Shown here piece after piece: positions 9,261 to 20,105 of a DNA stretch of 51,017 nt (within the stretch, counting starts at the first letter, position 1; the number at the start of each line of letters is the position of its first letter). This DNA comes from Patescibacteria group bacterium (GTDB lineage Bacteria > Patescibacteriota > Patescibacteriia > Patescibacteriales > UBA12465). Under the pieces are notes generated by a model. That model searched no databases. It had not been told where the DNA came from and worked only from the letters and a program-made list of their open reading frames with translations. The stretch is taken from NCBI GenBank assembly GCA_016938835.1, contig JAFGTW010000008.1:1-51017 (forward strand), in the 5' to 3' direction. Made by a program: the position numbers and the translations under genes.

Positions 9261-11480
9261 ATGAAACTGATAATCGTCGAGTCGCCAACAAAAGCCAAAA
9301 CAATCAGCAAATTCTTAAATAAGGACTACCAAATTGAGTCCTCTTTTGGACATGTCAGGGATTTACCCGCCAAGGAAATGGGTATCGATATTGAAAATAA
9401 TTTTGAACCAAAATACGTTACTCCAACTAAGGCTAAAAAAACTGTTAGCACTTTAAAGGCGGCAGCGACTAAAGCAGACGAAGTTATTCTCGCCTCCGAC
9501 GAAGACCGTGAAGGAGAAGCCATTGCTTGGCACCTAGCGCAAGTACTAAAACTAAAACCAGAAAAAACTCAGCGCATTGTTTTTCATGAAATCACCAAGC
9601 CAGCAATTTTAGAAGCCTTAGAACATCCTCGCTTTATTAAACAGTCGCTAGTTGATGCTCAGCAAGCTAGAAGAATCTTAGATCGTCTGGTTGGTTATGA
9701 GCTATCCCCCTTCTTGTGGAAGAAGGTAGCTAAAGGTTTATCTGCTGGAAGAGTACAAAGCGTCGCCATTAGATTAATTGTAGAAAGAGAAAGAGAAATA
9801 CTTGCTTTTGACGCTAAAGAATACTGGACAGTAGCAATAAAACTAAACTCTGAGCACAACAATACAAATTTCCAGGCTGATTTATTTAGACTAAACGGAA
9901 AGACTTTTGATAAGCTGGATATCTCTGCCGAAAAAGCTGAAGAATTAAAAAATGAACTAAAAGGAGCAACTTGCAATATAATTAAAATTGAACAGAAAAA
10001 TGTTAGCAAGAATCCTGGTAACCCTTTCACAACTTCCACACTCCAACAAGCTGCCAATAGAATGCTTGGCTTTAGCGCCAAACAAACTATGACTCTCGCT
10101 CAGAAACTTTATGAACAAGGTTTCATTACTTACATGCGTACTGATTCTTTAAATCTCTCTCCTCAGTTTTTAAATGATGCCAAAGATTATTTACAAGCGA
10201 CTCTAGGTAAAGATTACACCCTTGAGGAGCCAAGAATATTTAAGACTAAAGGCAAGAATGCCCAAGAAGCTCATGAAGCCGTCAGACCGACTTTAGTCGC
10301 AAACACTCCTGATAATATTAAAGATAAAGTGGATAAGAGCACCTTCCGTCTCTATCAATTAATCTGGCAACGCAGCGTTGCCACACAAATGCCAGCCGCC
10401 AAATTCAGTGCCAGCGCTATTAACACTGAAGCCACCTGCACAAACGACGTTAAACATCTCTTCCGCACTAGTGGTCAAGTATTATTGTTTGATGGTTACC
10501 TAAAAATTTACCCAGAAAAAACCAGCGAACAACAACTGCCGCAATTAAAAGAAGGTGAAGAAGTAAAACTGTTAGATATTAACACTGAACAACACTCCAC
10601 TAAACCACCCGCACGTTATAGTGACGCTGGGCTAGTTAAAGAATTGGAAAAATACGGTATTGGCCGACCATCAACCTACGCTCCGACTATTAATACCATT
10701 CTCACACGCAACTACGTAGAAAGAGGAGATGATAAGCGCCTCAAGCCAACCGATATTGCCCTGGTAGTTAATGACTTACTGGTAGAACACTTCAATAAAA
10801 TTGTAGATTACAACTTTACCGCCGGCATGGAAGACGACCTTGATGCCGTCGCCAACAATGAAAAAACTTGGCAACCGGTAATTGCCGATTTCTATCATGA
10901 CTTTCATGATAATTTAGAAAAAAAATACGAAGATATTAAAAAAAGTGATATTATGCCTGAAGAAAAATCCAACGAAATATGTGACAAGTGTAAATCTCCA
11001 ATGATTATTAAAACTGGACGTTACGGTAAGTTCTTAGCTTGTAGCGGTTACCCTGATTGTCGCAATATCAAGAAACTTAACGGCGAAACTACTGTCAAAC
11101 AAGACAATCCAGAAGTAAAAGCCCTGCAAGAAAAATACAAAGGTACTAATTGTGATAAATGTGGAGCAGAGATGATTGTTCGTTCGGGTAAATACGGGCC
11201 TTTCTTGGCCTGCAGCGCTTATCCAAAGTGTAAGAATATAAAAAATATTGAAGAAGATGGCGCTAAAAAAATCACATGTCCATCCTGTAAGACAGGAAAC
11301 ATCGTGAAAAAATTTAGTAAACGTGGCGCTTTCTATGCCTGTGACAACTATCCTGATTGTAAAAATGCCTACTGGGGTAAACCAACCGGTGATAAATGCC
11401 CTGACTGCGAATCTTTATTAATTCAAGATAAAGAAGGTCAGATTGTTTGCAGTGATAAAGGTTGCGGTTATAAGAAATAA
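9261..11480 (+). CDS. topA: DNA topoisomerase I
   Basis: IVESPTKAK, DEDREGE toprim, SAGRVQS, ITYMRTD active Tyr, C-terminal Zn ribbons. Confidence 0.98.
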   Translation: MKLIIVESPTKAKTISKFLNKDYQIESSFGHVRDLPAKEMGIDIENNFEPKYVTPTKAKKTVSTLKAAATKADEVILASDEDREGEAIAWHLAQVLKLKPEKTQRIVFHEITKPAILEALEHPRFIKQSLVDAQQARRILDRLVGYELSPFLWKKVAKGLSAGRVQSVAIRLIVEREREILAFDAKEYWTVAIKLNSEHNNTNFQADLFRLNGKTFDKLDISAEKAEELKNELKGATCNIIKIEQKNVSKNPGNPFTTSTLQQAANRMLGFSAKQTMTLAQKLYEQGFITYMRTDSLNLSPQFLNDAKDYLQATLGKDYTLEEPRIFKTKGKNAQEAHEAVRPTLVANTPDNIKDKVDKSTFRLYQLIWQRSVATQMPAAKFSASAINTEATCTNDVKHLFRTSGQVLLFDGYLKIYPEKTSEQQLPQLKEGEEVKLLDINTEQHSTKPPARYSDAGLVKELEKYGIGRPSTYAPTINTILTRNYVERGDDKRLKPTDIALVVNDLLVEHFNKIVDYNFTAGMEDDLDAVANNEKTWQPVIADFYHDFHDNLEKKYEDIKKSDIMPEEKSNEICDKCKSPMIIKTGRYGKFLACSGYPDCRNIKKLNGETTVKQDNPEVKALQEKYKGTNCDKCGAEMIVRSGKYGPFLACSAYPKCKNIKNIEEDGAKKITCPSCKTGNIVKKFSKRGAFYACDNYPDCKNAYWGKPTGDKCPDCESLLIQDKEGQIVCSDKGCGYKK

Positions 11481-11492
11481 AATTTCAACTCA

Positions 11493-11534
11493 TATAAAAA
11501 CAGACCCCTGATTAAATAGGGGTCTGTTTTTATA
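11493..11534. terminator. Bidirectional terminator between convergent genes
   Basis: TATAAAAACAGACCCCT/AGGGGTCTGTTTTTATA inverted repeat. Confidence 0.8.
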
Positions 11535-11541
11535 TCTATAT

Positions 11542-11868
11542 TTATTTTTTCTTCGTTTTGCCACGTCCATTTTTAGCACCACCTTCTTCATCATCGTTCT
11601 TCTGTTGATGATCTTTAGCAAATTCTATTCCTCGTTTTAATAACTCTCCAAATACAGCTAGATAGGCAGTGCTACTGGAAATCTTCTCCTTAATTAAATC
11701 TATTAAATTTTCCGCTTTATTAACTCCAATTTCCATCTGCTTAATCAAGCGATAAATCCTCTGAACACTAGCTATAAAATAATACAGAGCCCAGCACAAG
11801 AAAAAAACTAAGACACCGCTTGATGCGGCTAAAACCCAATTAAGGATGTCGCGTGAAGTTTCAAACAT
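11542..11868 (-). CDS. Hypothetical single-TM protein with helical and charged tail
   Basis: 108-aa ORF, one N-terminal hydrophobic helix, follows pheT. Confidence 0.7.
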   Translation of the reverse strand: MFETSRDILNWVLAASSGVLVFFLCWALYYFIASVQRIYRLIKQMEIGVNKAENLIDLIKEKISSSTAYLAVFGELLKRGIEFAKDHQQKNDDEEGGAKNGRGKTKKK

Positions 11869-11923
11869 AATTTTATCTTAGCCCAGAGAATAGCCGTCCT
11901 CCCTCGGCTTTATTTATTAATAA

Positions 11924-14344
11924 TTAAAAATCTCTTACTTGAGCTTCAAATCTATCATGACAAGCCTGAATTAAATCTTTTTGAATTAAATCTACTTCCT
12001 CAGCAGTTAAAGTTTTGTCAGTTGCCTGATAAGTTAAATGAAAAGCCCAACTTTTTTTATCCTCACCCAAAGCTTTACCCTGATAGACATCAAACAATTC
12101 TGCTTTAACTAAGAGGGGGTGAAAATTTACTAACAACCTCCAGAAATCATTATATAATATTTTCTCATCTACTACAAAAGAGATGTCGCGCACAACCGCT
12201 GGATACTTAGGTGATTCTTTATATTGATTCACTGGCACACTATTATCTAATAAAAGTAAATCCTTAAAATTTATTTCTGCAAAAGCCACCTTAGTTTTTA
12301 AGCCAAAATTATTTGCAAGCTTATTATCTACAACTCCAATCACACCAACTTCTTTGCCGTGGCAATAAATAGCGGCCACTTGCCCTTCTTTTGCCCAAGC
12401 TGGCATATTTTCTAAAGCAGTATACTCTAATTTAATTTGTGACCACAAAGAACTAAACAATAAGTCTAAATATGACTTTAGCTGATCAAAATTTTTATTT
12501 TCATCTACCCCTGAAACCACTAATCCTAAACGTTTTCCTTGATAAGGCAAGAAGTCTCCCTTTTCATCCTTTACGTATTCTCCAGGAGAAGATAAAAATA
12601 TTCGACCAAGCTCAAATAAACCAAAATCTGAATAATTAAATTGGTTTAGACGTAAATTTTGTAATAAGCCAGGAAGCAAACTTTGTCTTAAAAGAGCTTG
12701 TTGTTCTGAAATAGGATTTACTAATTTCAAATAACGACTAGGATCAATATTTAGCTTGGATAAAGCCACTTCACTAACAAATGAATAATTGTAAACCTCT
12801 AGTAAACGCCCACTTCCACTTAAAATATCTTGAATTTTACGCTCTAACAATAATTCTCTGTTTTCTGGCAAAAAAGACAGGGTGCTATTAGGAGTAACAG
12901 CTGGAATATTGTCATAACCAATAACTCTGGCAATTTCTTCTAAAACATCCTCCTTAATGGTAACGTCTTTTACAGCTCGCCAAGATGGTGGAGTTACTAT
13001 TAATAAATTTTTATTTATTTCTACTTGAAAACCAAGACGTTCCAAAATACTTTGTACCTCTTTACGGCTTATTTGCTTGCCAATTTTTTTCTTTAGCCAA
13101 GAAAAGTCTAAAGGAATGGCTTTAATTTCTAAATCAAAATTTTGCACATCCACAACTTCACCAGCTATCTCCGCCTCAGGAAATATTTCTTTGATTAATT
13201 GCCAGGCCCTTTGCCAAGCCATTTCTGGCAAGTTTGGATCAAGTGTTTTTTCAAAACGCATAGAAGCATCCGTACGTAAGTTTAATCTCTGTGAGGCTTT
13301 ACGCACATAAACAGCATTAAAAGTAGCCGCTTCTAAGATAACGCTAGTAGTATTTTCATTAACAGCACTATTGGCTCCACCCATAATACCAGCAACAGCT
13401 ATTGCGTCTGATCCATCACTAATAACAATCGTCTCTTTTGGCAATAAGCGCTCTTTACCATCCAGTGTTTCCAGGCTTTCATCGTCTTTAGATAAACGGA
13501 CGGTAATTTTCTGAATCTTGTCCGCTTCAAAAACGTGCAATGGCTGACCAGATTCAAACATTACATAATTGGTAATATCAACCAACGCATTAATTGGACG
13601 CACATTAACAGCTGTTAAACGCTCTTTTAACCAACTAGGCGACTCAGTGTTCTTAACATTATTTATTTTAACCGCAATATAACGAGAGCAAATATTTTTA
13701 TCCTCTATTTTAACCGCAATTTTTTCTTTACCACTTGGTATTAATATTTTTTCATCTATTTTTAAGTATGGTAGCAGTGGCGTCTTAAGCAGAGTGCTAA
13801 TTTCACGCGCCATGCCATAATGTCCCCAAAGATCACCACGGTTAGATAAAGATTTATTATCAATTTCTAAAATAATATCATTTAAAAGTAAGTGAGAAGA
13901 AAAACTTTGACCAACTTTAGCATGCTTAGCTAAAACCATAATTCCTTCATGATCATTACCTAGTCCTAATTCATCTTCAGCGCAAATCATACCAGAAGAT
14001 TGCTCACCTCTAATCTCGGTATCTTTAATTACTAAACCATTAGGCAGGGTTGCGCCCACTAAGGCAACAGCCACGCGTTGACCAGCGGCTACATTAGGAG
14101 CGCCACAAACAATAGATAAAATTTCTTTCTTAACGTCAACCTTAGTTAATCGTAATCTATCTGCATTAGGATGAGGCTCAACAGATAAAACATTACCGAC
14201 AACCACCTTATCAAAAGATGCACTTTGAGCGCGCCAAGATTCCACTTCAACTGTATGTAAAGTTAAAAGCTGGGCCAGTTCTTCCGGCTTCATTTTGCTC
14301 GGTATTTTAACAAAGTCTTTTAGCCAATTTAAAGATAAATACAT
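11924..14344 (-). CDS. pheT: Phenylalanyl-tRNA synthetase beta subunit
   Basis: HPNADRL, IVCGAPNV, SSGMICA, DITNYVM, GQPLH, EEIARVIGY, C-terminal FDX-ACB. Confidence 0.97.
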   Translation of the reverse strand: MYLSLNWLKDFVKIPSKMKPEELAQLLTLHTVEVESWRAQSASFDKVVVGNVLSVEPHPNADRLRLTKVDVKKEILSIVCGAPNVAAGQRVAVALVGATLPNGLVIKDTEIRGEQSSGMICAEDELGLGNDHEGIMVLAKHAKVGQSFSSHLLLNDIILEIDNKSLSNRGDLWGHYGMAREISTLLKTPLLPYLKIDEKILIPSGKEKIAVKIEDKNICSRYIAVKINNVKNTESPSWLKERLTAVNVRPINALVDITNYVMFESGQPLHVFEADKIQKITVRLSKDDESLETLDGKERLLPKETIVISDGSDAIAVAGIMGGANSAVNENTTSVILEAATFNAVYVRKASQRLNLRTDASMRFEKTLDPNLPEMAWQRAWQLIKEIFPEAEIAGEVVDVQNFDLEIKAIPLDFSWLKKKIGKQISRKEVQSILERLGFQVEINKNLLIVTPPSWRAVKDVTIKEDVLEEIARVIGYDNIPAVTPNSTLSFLPENRELLLERKIQDILSGSGRLLEVYNYSFVSEVALSKLNIDPSRYLKLVNPISEQQALLRQSLLPGLLQNLRLNQFNYSDFGLFELGRIFLSSPGEYVKDEKGDFLPYQGKRLGLVVSGVDENKNFDQLKSYLDLLFSSLWSQIKLEYTALENMPAWAKEGQVAAIYCHGKEVGVIGVVDNKLANNFGLKTKVAFAEINFKDLLLLDNSVPVNQYKESPKYPAVVRDISFVVDEKILYNDFWRLLVNFHPLLVKAELFDVYQGKALGEDKKSWAFHLTYQATDKTLTAEEVDLIQKDLIQACHDRFEAQVRDF

Positions 14345-14356
14345 AATATCAACAGA

Positions 14357-15385
14357 TTAAAATTGTTTAAGGAAGCGCATGTCGCCACTATTAAATAAAC
14401 GAACATCGTCAATGCCATATTTTAACATAGCTAAACGATTTAAACCGAAACCAAAAGCAAAACCAGAATATTTTTCTGGATCAATACCACCGGCACGCAA
14501 GACATTAGGATGAATGAGACCGCAGCCAAGAATTTCTAACCATCCTGAATATTTACAAACACGACAACCTTGTCCCTGACAAAGAAAGCAAGTATATTCA
14601 CCATTAGAGCCCGGCTCCACAAAAGGATAAAATTTTGGACGCATGCGTAATTTGGTTTCTGGTCCATACAACTTTTTTCCAACCAACTCCAAAATATTTT
14701 TCATATGAGCAAAATTGATATCTTTACCAATCATCATCCCTTCTAATTGATAGAAGGTGTGCTCGTGCCTAGAATCAGTTGATTCGCTACGAAAAACTCT
14801 CCCGGGCATAATCATACGCAAAGGAGCTCCATATTTCTGCATAGCTCTCACTTGGGTATTTGAAGTTTGAGAACGCATAGCTAAATCATATTCTCCATCT
14901 TTGTTTTTTATATCCACATAAAAAGTGTCTTGCATGTCTCTAGCTGGATGATGAGGGGGTACATTTAAAGCTTCAAAATTATAAAATTCACTTTCTAGTT
15001 CTGGCCCGTCCATTACTTGAAATCCAAGTGTAGCAAAAAAATCTTCCAATTCCCGTTTTAATAAAGTCAGTGGGTGCAAATGCCCTCTCTCTATTTTTCC
15101 TCCAGGAATAGTCGGATCTAATTGCTTATTGGAATCATGCTTTTTTTCTATGTCTACTTTAGTTTCGCTAAACCTCATTTGCAGCTCTTGCTTAACAACA
15201 TTAGCTAATTCCCCAACTTCTTTTCTTAAATCAAGACTTAAATCCTTCAATTCTCCCAAAATATTACTAAGCTCACCCTTACGAGAAAGGTATTTTATTT
15301 CTAGATCACGTAAAGTCGATAAATCCGTAACTTTGTCTAAAGCAGATAAAAATTCTTCACGTAATTTTTGTAATTTATTTTTCAT
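14357..15385 (-). CDS. pheS: Phenylalanyl-tRNA synthetase alpha subunit
   Basis: GHLHP, HPARDMQDTFY, FYQLEG, YPFVEP, GFAFGFG. Confidence 0.98.
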   Translation of the reverse strand: MKNKLQKLREEFLSALDKVTDLSTLRDLEIKYLSRKGELSNILGELKDLSLDLRKEVGELANVVKQELQMRFSETKVDIEKKHDSNKQLDPTIPGGKIERGHLHPLTLLKRELEDFFATLGFQVMDGPELESEFYNFEALNVPPHHPARDMQDTFYVDIKNKDGEYDLAMRSQTSNTQVRAMQKYGAPLRMIMPGRVFRSESTDSRHEHTFYQLEGMMIGKDINFAHMKNILELVGKKLYGPETKLRMRPKFYPFVEPGSNGEYTCFLCQGQGCRVCKYSGWLEILGCGLIHPNVLRAGGIDPEKYSGFAFGFGLNRLAMLKYGIDDVRLFNSGDMRFLKQF

Positions 15386-15386
15386 A

Positions 15387-15773
15387 TTATTTTATACGAC
15401 TTTTTTTATAGCTAGCCACAAATAATTCTAATATAGCAAAAATTATTAATAATAGAGAAACATTTAACCAAGTAAAAAGATTATTAGATAAAAGGAATAA
15501 AGATATGACAATAAATAAAGCAAATAAAAAAGATTGGCGAAAAGCGGTAGAAACAGCATAAAAAACTAAATCTCTTTTTAAAGCTACAAAACGGATAATA
15601 AAACCTAACAAAGCGGCTGTTCCAGATAAAGCTAAAAATAAGGCAACATAAAAAAACATGAAACCAAGCCAATTAGTAGCAGTTGGGTCAATTAGATTTA
15701 GCATTAGAGCAAAAATACCCCAACAAAGTAAAGTCATTGTTCCCATCACCCAAAGATAATGTTTTAAAGTCAT
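15387..15773 (-). CDS. Hypothetical 4-TM membrane protein
   Basis: Hydrophobic 128-aa ORF packed between valS and pheS. Confidence 0.75.
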   Translation of the reverse strand: MTLKHYLWVMGTMTLLCWGIFALMLNLIDPTATNWLGFMFFYVALFLALSGTAALLGFIIRFVALKRDLVFYAVSTAFRQSFLFALFIVISLFLLSNNLFTWLNVSLLLIIFAILELFVASYKKSRIK

Positions 15774-15790
15774 AATTGCGAAAATTAAAT

Positions 15791-18427
15791 TTAAAGTTTA
15801 AGCGCTTCATTAATATTTGCCAATTCTGTTTTATAGCGATCAAGTTTTTCTGTTTCAGTAGCCACGATATTAGCTGGAGCCCGAGAAACGAACTCTTTAT
15901 TATCTAAACGTTGACTTAAATTACTAATCAACCCTTCTAAGTTGGATTTTTCTTTTACAAGGCGCTCTCTTTCCTTTTCTGGGTCAATGGCACCCAATAA
16001 ATATATTTCCGTGCCAGCTAAGCTTATTTTAATAGCCTTTTCAGTTGGCGTTGCAGTTGTTATTTCAAGTGATTCCACTCCAGTTCGTAAAGATTTAATT
16101 AAGGCTTCTTGTTCTTTCAATGAAATCGCTCTTTCGCCGCTAACAAGCGCCTGCACTTTACGAGTTGGCTCAATTTTATTAACACTGCGGGCGTTACGAA
16201 TAGCAATAATTGTTTCTTGAATAAAAGAAAAATTATTTCCATCTTTTTCGGACACAGAAACCCAAAAATTCAGCTTGTCTTTCCATTTTGGCCACTGTTC
16301 AATCATTAATAAATTATCATTAAAGCTAGACCAAATGGCTTCAGTAACGTAAGGAATAAAAGGGTGCCACATAATCAAGACATTCTTTAGGATATAAATC
16401 AGAATTACTCCTTTATTTTTTTCAACTTTGGCAATTTCTAAATACCAATCAGCCAGCTTATTCCAAGTGAAGTCATACAAGGCTTCCGCGCCGATAGAAT
16501 AGTTAAAGTCAGCAAAAGAAGCGTCTAAAATTTTACGCACACTTAACAATTCACTTAATATCCATCGGTCCGCTAAAGTAGTGGCTACAGGCAAAACGCT
16601 AGCACTGGTGTTTAAATCATCCTTGCTAGCGTCGCTTAAAATAAAGCGAGATATATTCCAAAGCTTATTAATAAAATTTCTCTTAGCTTCTATCTTTTCT
16701 TCATTATAACGAGCATCATTACCTGGAGTTGAACCCATCAGCAAAGATAAACGAACCGCATCGGCACCATATTTAGAAATAACCTCTAAAGGATCAATCC
16801 CGTTACCTTTAGACTTGGACATCTTCTTGCCCTTCTCATCTAAAATCGTGCCATGTAAATAAACATGAGAAAAAGGTTTCTCTCCTAAAGCAAATAGAGA
16901 CATCATCATCATGCGTGAAACCCACAAAGTTAAAATTTCATAGCCAGTTTCTAAGACCTGAATAGGATGAAACCGAGCCAGGTCACCAGTTTTCTGTCCG
17001 TCCTTAAAATTCTCTGGCCAGCCAAGAGTGGAAAAAGTCCACATTCCAGAAGAAAACCAAGTATCAAGCGTGTCTTCATCTTTAATCCAATCATCTCCAG
17101 CTGGGGATTCTTCTCCAACAAAAACTTCATCACCACGATACCAGGCAGGAATACTATGTCCAAACCAAATCTGCCGAGAAATACACCAGTCATGCAGATT
17201 CTCCATCCAATCACAATAGCGTTTATTAAACCTCTCTGGCAAAAACTTAACCTCCTCCGTTTTAGCTAGTTCAAGGGCGGCCTCTTTTAAAGACTTACCT
17301 TTTAAGCGAGCTACTGGAGTATCAACGGCAATAAACCACTGCTTTGAAGGTAGTGGCTCAATTGGACTATCACAACGATAACAACAAGAAAGATTATTAA
17401 TAATTTCTTCTTCTTTAAGAATTAATTTTTGTTGACCTAAATGTTCAACAATTACTTGTCTAGCGGCAATCGCCGTTAATCCTGAATACTCACCAAAACC
17501 TTCTTTAATTAAACCATTCTCATCAATAACTTTAATAATAGCTAAATCATTTTCTTCGGCCATATGCCAATCAATCGCTGAATGAGCCGGAGTTACACCC
17601 AGGGCACCAGTACCAAATTCCATTTCAACATTACGATCGGCAATAATTTTAATCTTTAAATCTTGACCACAAAAATTTACTTTATACTCCTTACCAATAA
17701 ATTTCTTATAGCGCTCGTCTTTGGGATTAACTGCCACCGCCGTATCTCCTAGTTTTGTTTCTGGGCGCGTAGTGGAAATAGCGATAGGGAAATCGGAACT
17801 ATATTTAAAAGTATACAACTTAGCTGTCTGCTCTTTATATTCAACTTCATCATCAGCTAAAGTAGAGTGACAACGAGGGCACCAATTAACTATTCTTTCT
17901 CCTCGATAAATAATGCCCTCGCGATGCATGTCTAAAAACATTCTCTTAACTGCAAATTGACGCTCATCATCAAGGGTAAAGGCAAGGCGTGACCAATCAA
18001 GCGAAGCTCCCATTTTACGTGTTTGCCCTAAAATAGTAGCCTGAGTCTCAGCCACAAACTTTTGCACCTCAACTAAAAACTGTTCTCGTCCTAAATCATG
18101 CCGAGTCTTACCACTTTCCGCAAAAATTTTCTTTTCTACCATATTTTGGGTAGCAATAGCGGCATGATCAGTGCCAGGCAGCCATAAAGTACGATAACCA
18201 TTTTGACGACGATAACGTACCATTAAATCCTCAATGGCTAACATGGCACTATGCCCCAAATGAAGTTTTGCGGTAATATTAGGCGGAGGAAGTATAACTG
18301 TATAAGCAGGAGCATTATCTGGTAAATCAAGGTTATCTGGATTAAAAAAACCAGAATTTTCCCATTTTTGATAAATATCATCTTCAAATATCTCCGGATT
18401 ATAAATTTTTTCTAATTCACTTTTCAT
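15791..18427 (-). CDS. valS: Valyl-tRNA synthetase
   Basis: PPPNIT, HLGH, PGTDHA, DWCISRQIWFGH, KMSKS, C-terminal coiled coil; start moved to ATG 18427. Confidence 0.97.
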   Translation of the reverse strand: MKSELEKIYNPEIFEDDIYQKWENSGFFNPDNLDLPDNAPAYTVILPPPNITAKLHLGHSAMLAIEDLMVRYRRQNGYRTLWLPGTDHAAIATQNMVEKKIFAESGKTRHDLGREQFLVEVQKFVAETQATILGQTRKMGASLDWSRLAFTLDDERQFAVKRMFLDMHREGIIYRGERIVNWCPRCHSTLADDEVEYKEQTAKLYTFKYSSDFPIAISTTRPETKLGDTAVAVNPKDERYKKFIGKEYKVNFCGQDLKIKIIADRNVEMEFGTGALGVTPAHSAIDWHMAEENDLAIIKVIDENGLIKEGFGEYSGLTAIAARQVIVEHLGQQKLILKEEEIINNLSCCYRCDSPIEPLPSKQWFIAVDTPVARLKGKSLKEAALELAKTEEVKFLPERFNKRYCDWMENLHDWCISRQIWFGHSIPAWYRGDEVFVGEESPAGDDWIKDEDTLDTWFSSGMWTFSTLGWPENFKDGQKTGDLARFHPIQVLETGYEILTLWVSRMMMMSLFALGEKPFSHVYLHGTILDEKGKKMSKSKGNGIDPLEVISKYGADAVRLSLLMGSTPGNDARYNEEKIEAKRNFINKLWNISRFILSDASKDDLNTSASVLPVATTLADRWILSELLSVRKILDASFADFNYSIGAEALYDFTWNKLADWYLEIAKVEKNKGVILIYILKNVLIMWHPFIPYVTEAIWSSFNDNLLMIEQWPKWKDKLNFWVSVSEKDGNNFSFIQETIIAIRNARSVNKIEPTRKVQALVSGERAISLKEQEALIKSLRTGVESLEITTATPTEKAIKISLAGTEIYLLGAIDPEKERERLVKEKSNLEGLISNLSQRLDNKEFVSRAPANIVATETEKLDRYKTELANINEALKL

Positions 18428-18550
18428 ACCTTTAAAATTACCAAAAATATGCCTTTGCGTCAACCTTAAATTACCTTGACTCTAGCCAAAATTAATTATA
18501 TATTGAATGGTTAGATTATATATAATACTTACTAATCACACAATTACAGA

Positions 18551-19714
18551 ATGCTTACTTTAGAACAACAAATATTTAGACAGATTGAAAAATCGGGTAA
18601 AATCCTGATTTCTTTTGCTGCCGACTGGAATGGCGATGCCGTTGCCTCATCCTTGGCTTTATTTTTGTTTTTAAAAAAACTAGGCAAAGAAGTTGAAATT
18701 GCCGCCCATCTTAATACAAAGGATATTAGTAAAAAAAATGAAAAAGAACGTTGGCGCTTTCTACCTGCCTACGACCAACTACAAACCTCTCTTAAAAATC
18801 TACGTAAGTTCATAGTTTCACTTGATATTAGTCAAGCTGCCATCAGTCAAATTAAATATACCATTGATGAAAAGAAATTAAACTTTATCATCTCCCCAGA
18901 AAAAGGCTGGTTTAGCTCTAAAGACATAAGTAGCTCATCTAGTGGTTTTAAGTATGACTTAATAATTTGTCTTGATACAACCGACCTAGAATCTTTGGCT
19001 ACTATTTATGATAATAATGTGGAATTTTTTTACAAAAATACCATCATTAATATTGATCATCATGCCGGCAATGAAGAGTATGGACAAATTAATCTCATTG
19101 ACCTCAATCTTGTTTCTACATCAGAATTAGTTTTTAATTTACTTAAACACCGTGATTATAATTTAATTGATGAAGATATTGCTACTTGTTTACTAGCGGG
19201 TATAATTAGCAAAACTAATAATTATAAAAACAACACACTCACTCCACGTACTCTCTTAACTAGCTCAAAATTAATTAGCTTAGGCGCTCGTCGAGAAGAG
19301 ATTATTAATCAATTATACCGCTCTCGACCATTATCCGTTTTGAAACTGTGGGGAAAAATATTAAACAATCTACAAACAAATATCGACAAGCAACTTATTT
19401 GGTCACTTTTAGACAAACAAGATTCTTCTCTACTTTTAAAAGAAGGTCTTGACATCAAAGAAATAGTTGAAGAAATAAGTACAAGCGTGCCAGAATCAAA
19501 ATTGATATTAATTGCCCTGATACCAAGCGATGGACAAGGATTAGAGCTACATGCTTATACTAATAAAGGGGTATCAGCAATTGAGATGCTTAAGCCCTGG
19601 AATGCGAGCGGGAACAACAAAACGGCCAAAGCCGTCACTTCGATTACACCCAACGAAATATTAAAAAAAATAATTGAACCAATACAACAGATGCTTGATA
19701 AAATTAACGGCTAA
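18551..19714 (+). CDS. DHH-family phosphoesterase (NrnA-like)
   Basis: GDAVASSLAL, CLDT, INIDHH motifs. Confidence 0.85.
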   Translation: MLTLEQQIFRQIEKSGKILISFAADWNGDAVASSLALFLFLKKLGKEVEIAAHLNTKDISKKNEKERWRFLPAYDQLQTSLKNLRKFIVSLDISQAAISQIKYTIDEKKLNFIISPEKGWFSSKDISSSSSGFKYDLIICLDTTDLESLATIYDNNVEFFYKNTIINIDHHAGNEEYGQINLIDLNLVSTSELVFNLLKHRDYNLIDEDIATCLLAGIISKTNNYKNNTLTPRTLLTSSKLISLGARREEIINQLYRSRPLSVLKLWGKILNNLQTNIDKQLIWSLLDKQDSSLLLKEGLDIKEIVEEISTSVPESKLILIALIPSDGQGLELHAYTNKGVSAIEMLKPWNASGNNKTAKAVTSITPNEILKKIIEPIQQMLDKING

Positions 19715-19784
19715 TGATATAAATTAAATGGTTAAAATGAAAGATATGAGCCAATAATCAAGCAAAGGCTCGTTTTTCATTATT

Positions 19785-19861
19785 GCGCCTATAGCTCAGG
19801 TGGTTAGAGCACAGCTCTTATAAAGCTGGGGTCGATGGTTCAAGTCCATCTAGGCGCACCA
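19785..19861 (+). tRNA. tRNA-Ile(UAU)
   Basis: Acceptor GCGCCTA/TAGGCGC, anticodon arm CAGCT-CTTATAA-AGCTG, encoded CCA. Confidence 0.92.
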
Positions 19862-20013
19862 AATAAAATACTTTTGACGAAAATCTTCTCAGTATCTGTC
19901 ACGTCATAAACATAACACAACCTCACTAAAAATTTTATTCATCTCTTGAACTACCAATTCAAGCTATGTTTGTATTGCCAACTTTACCCCTATACAATAT
20001 AATAAGAAAATAA

Positions 20014-20087
20014 GGGCTCGTAGCTCAGCTGGTTAGAGCGTTACGTTGACATCGTAAAGGTCGCCCGTTCGAGTCGGGCCGAGCCCA
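20014..20087 (+). tRNA. tRNA-Val(GAC)
   Basis: Acceptor GGGCTCG/CGAGCCC, anticodon arm TTACG-TTGACAT-CGTAA. Confidence 0.94.
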
Positions 20088-20105
20088 CATTATTTTTTTA
20101 CTTTT

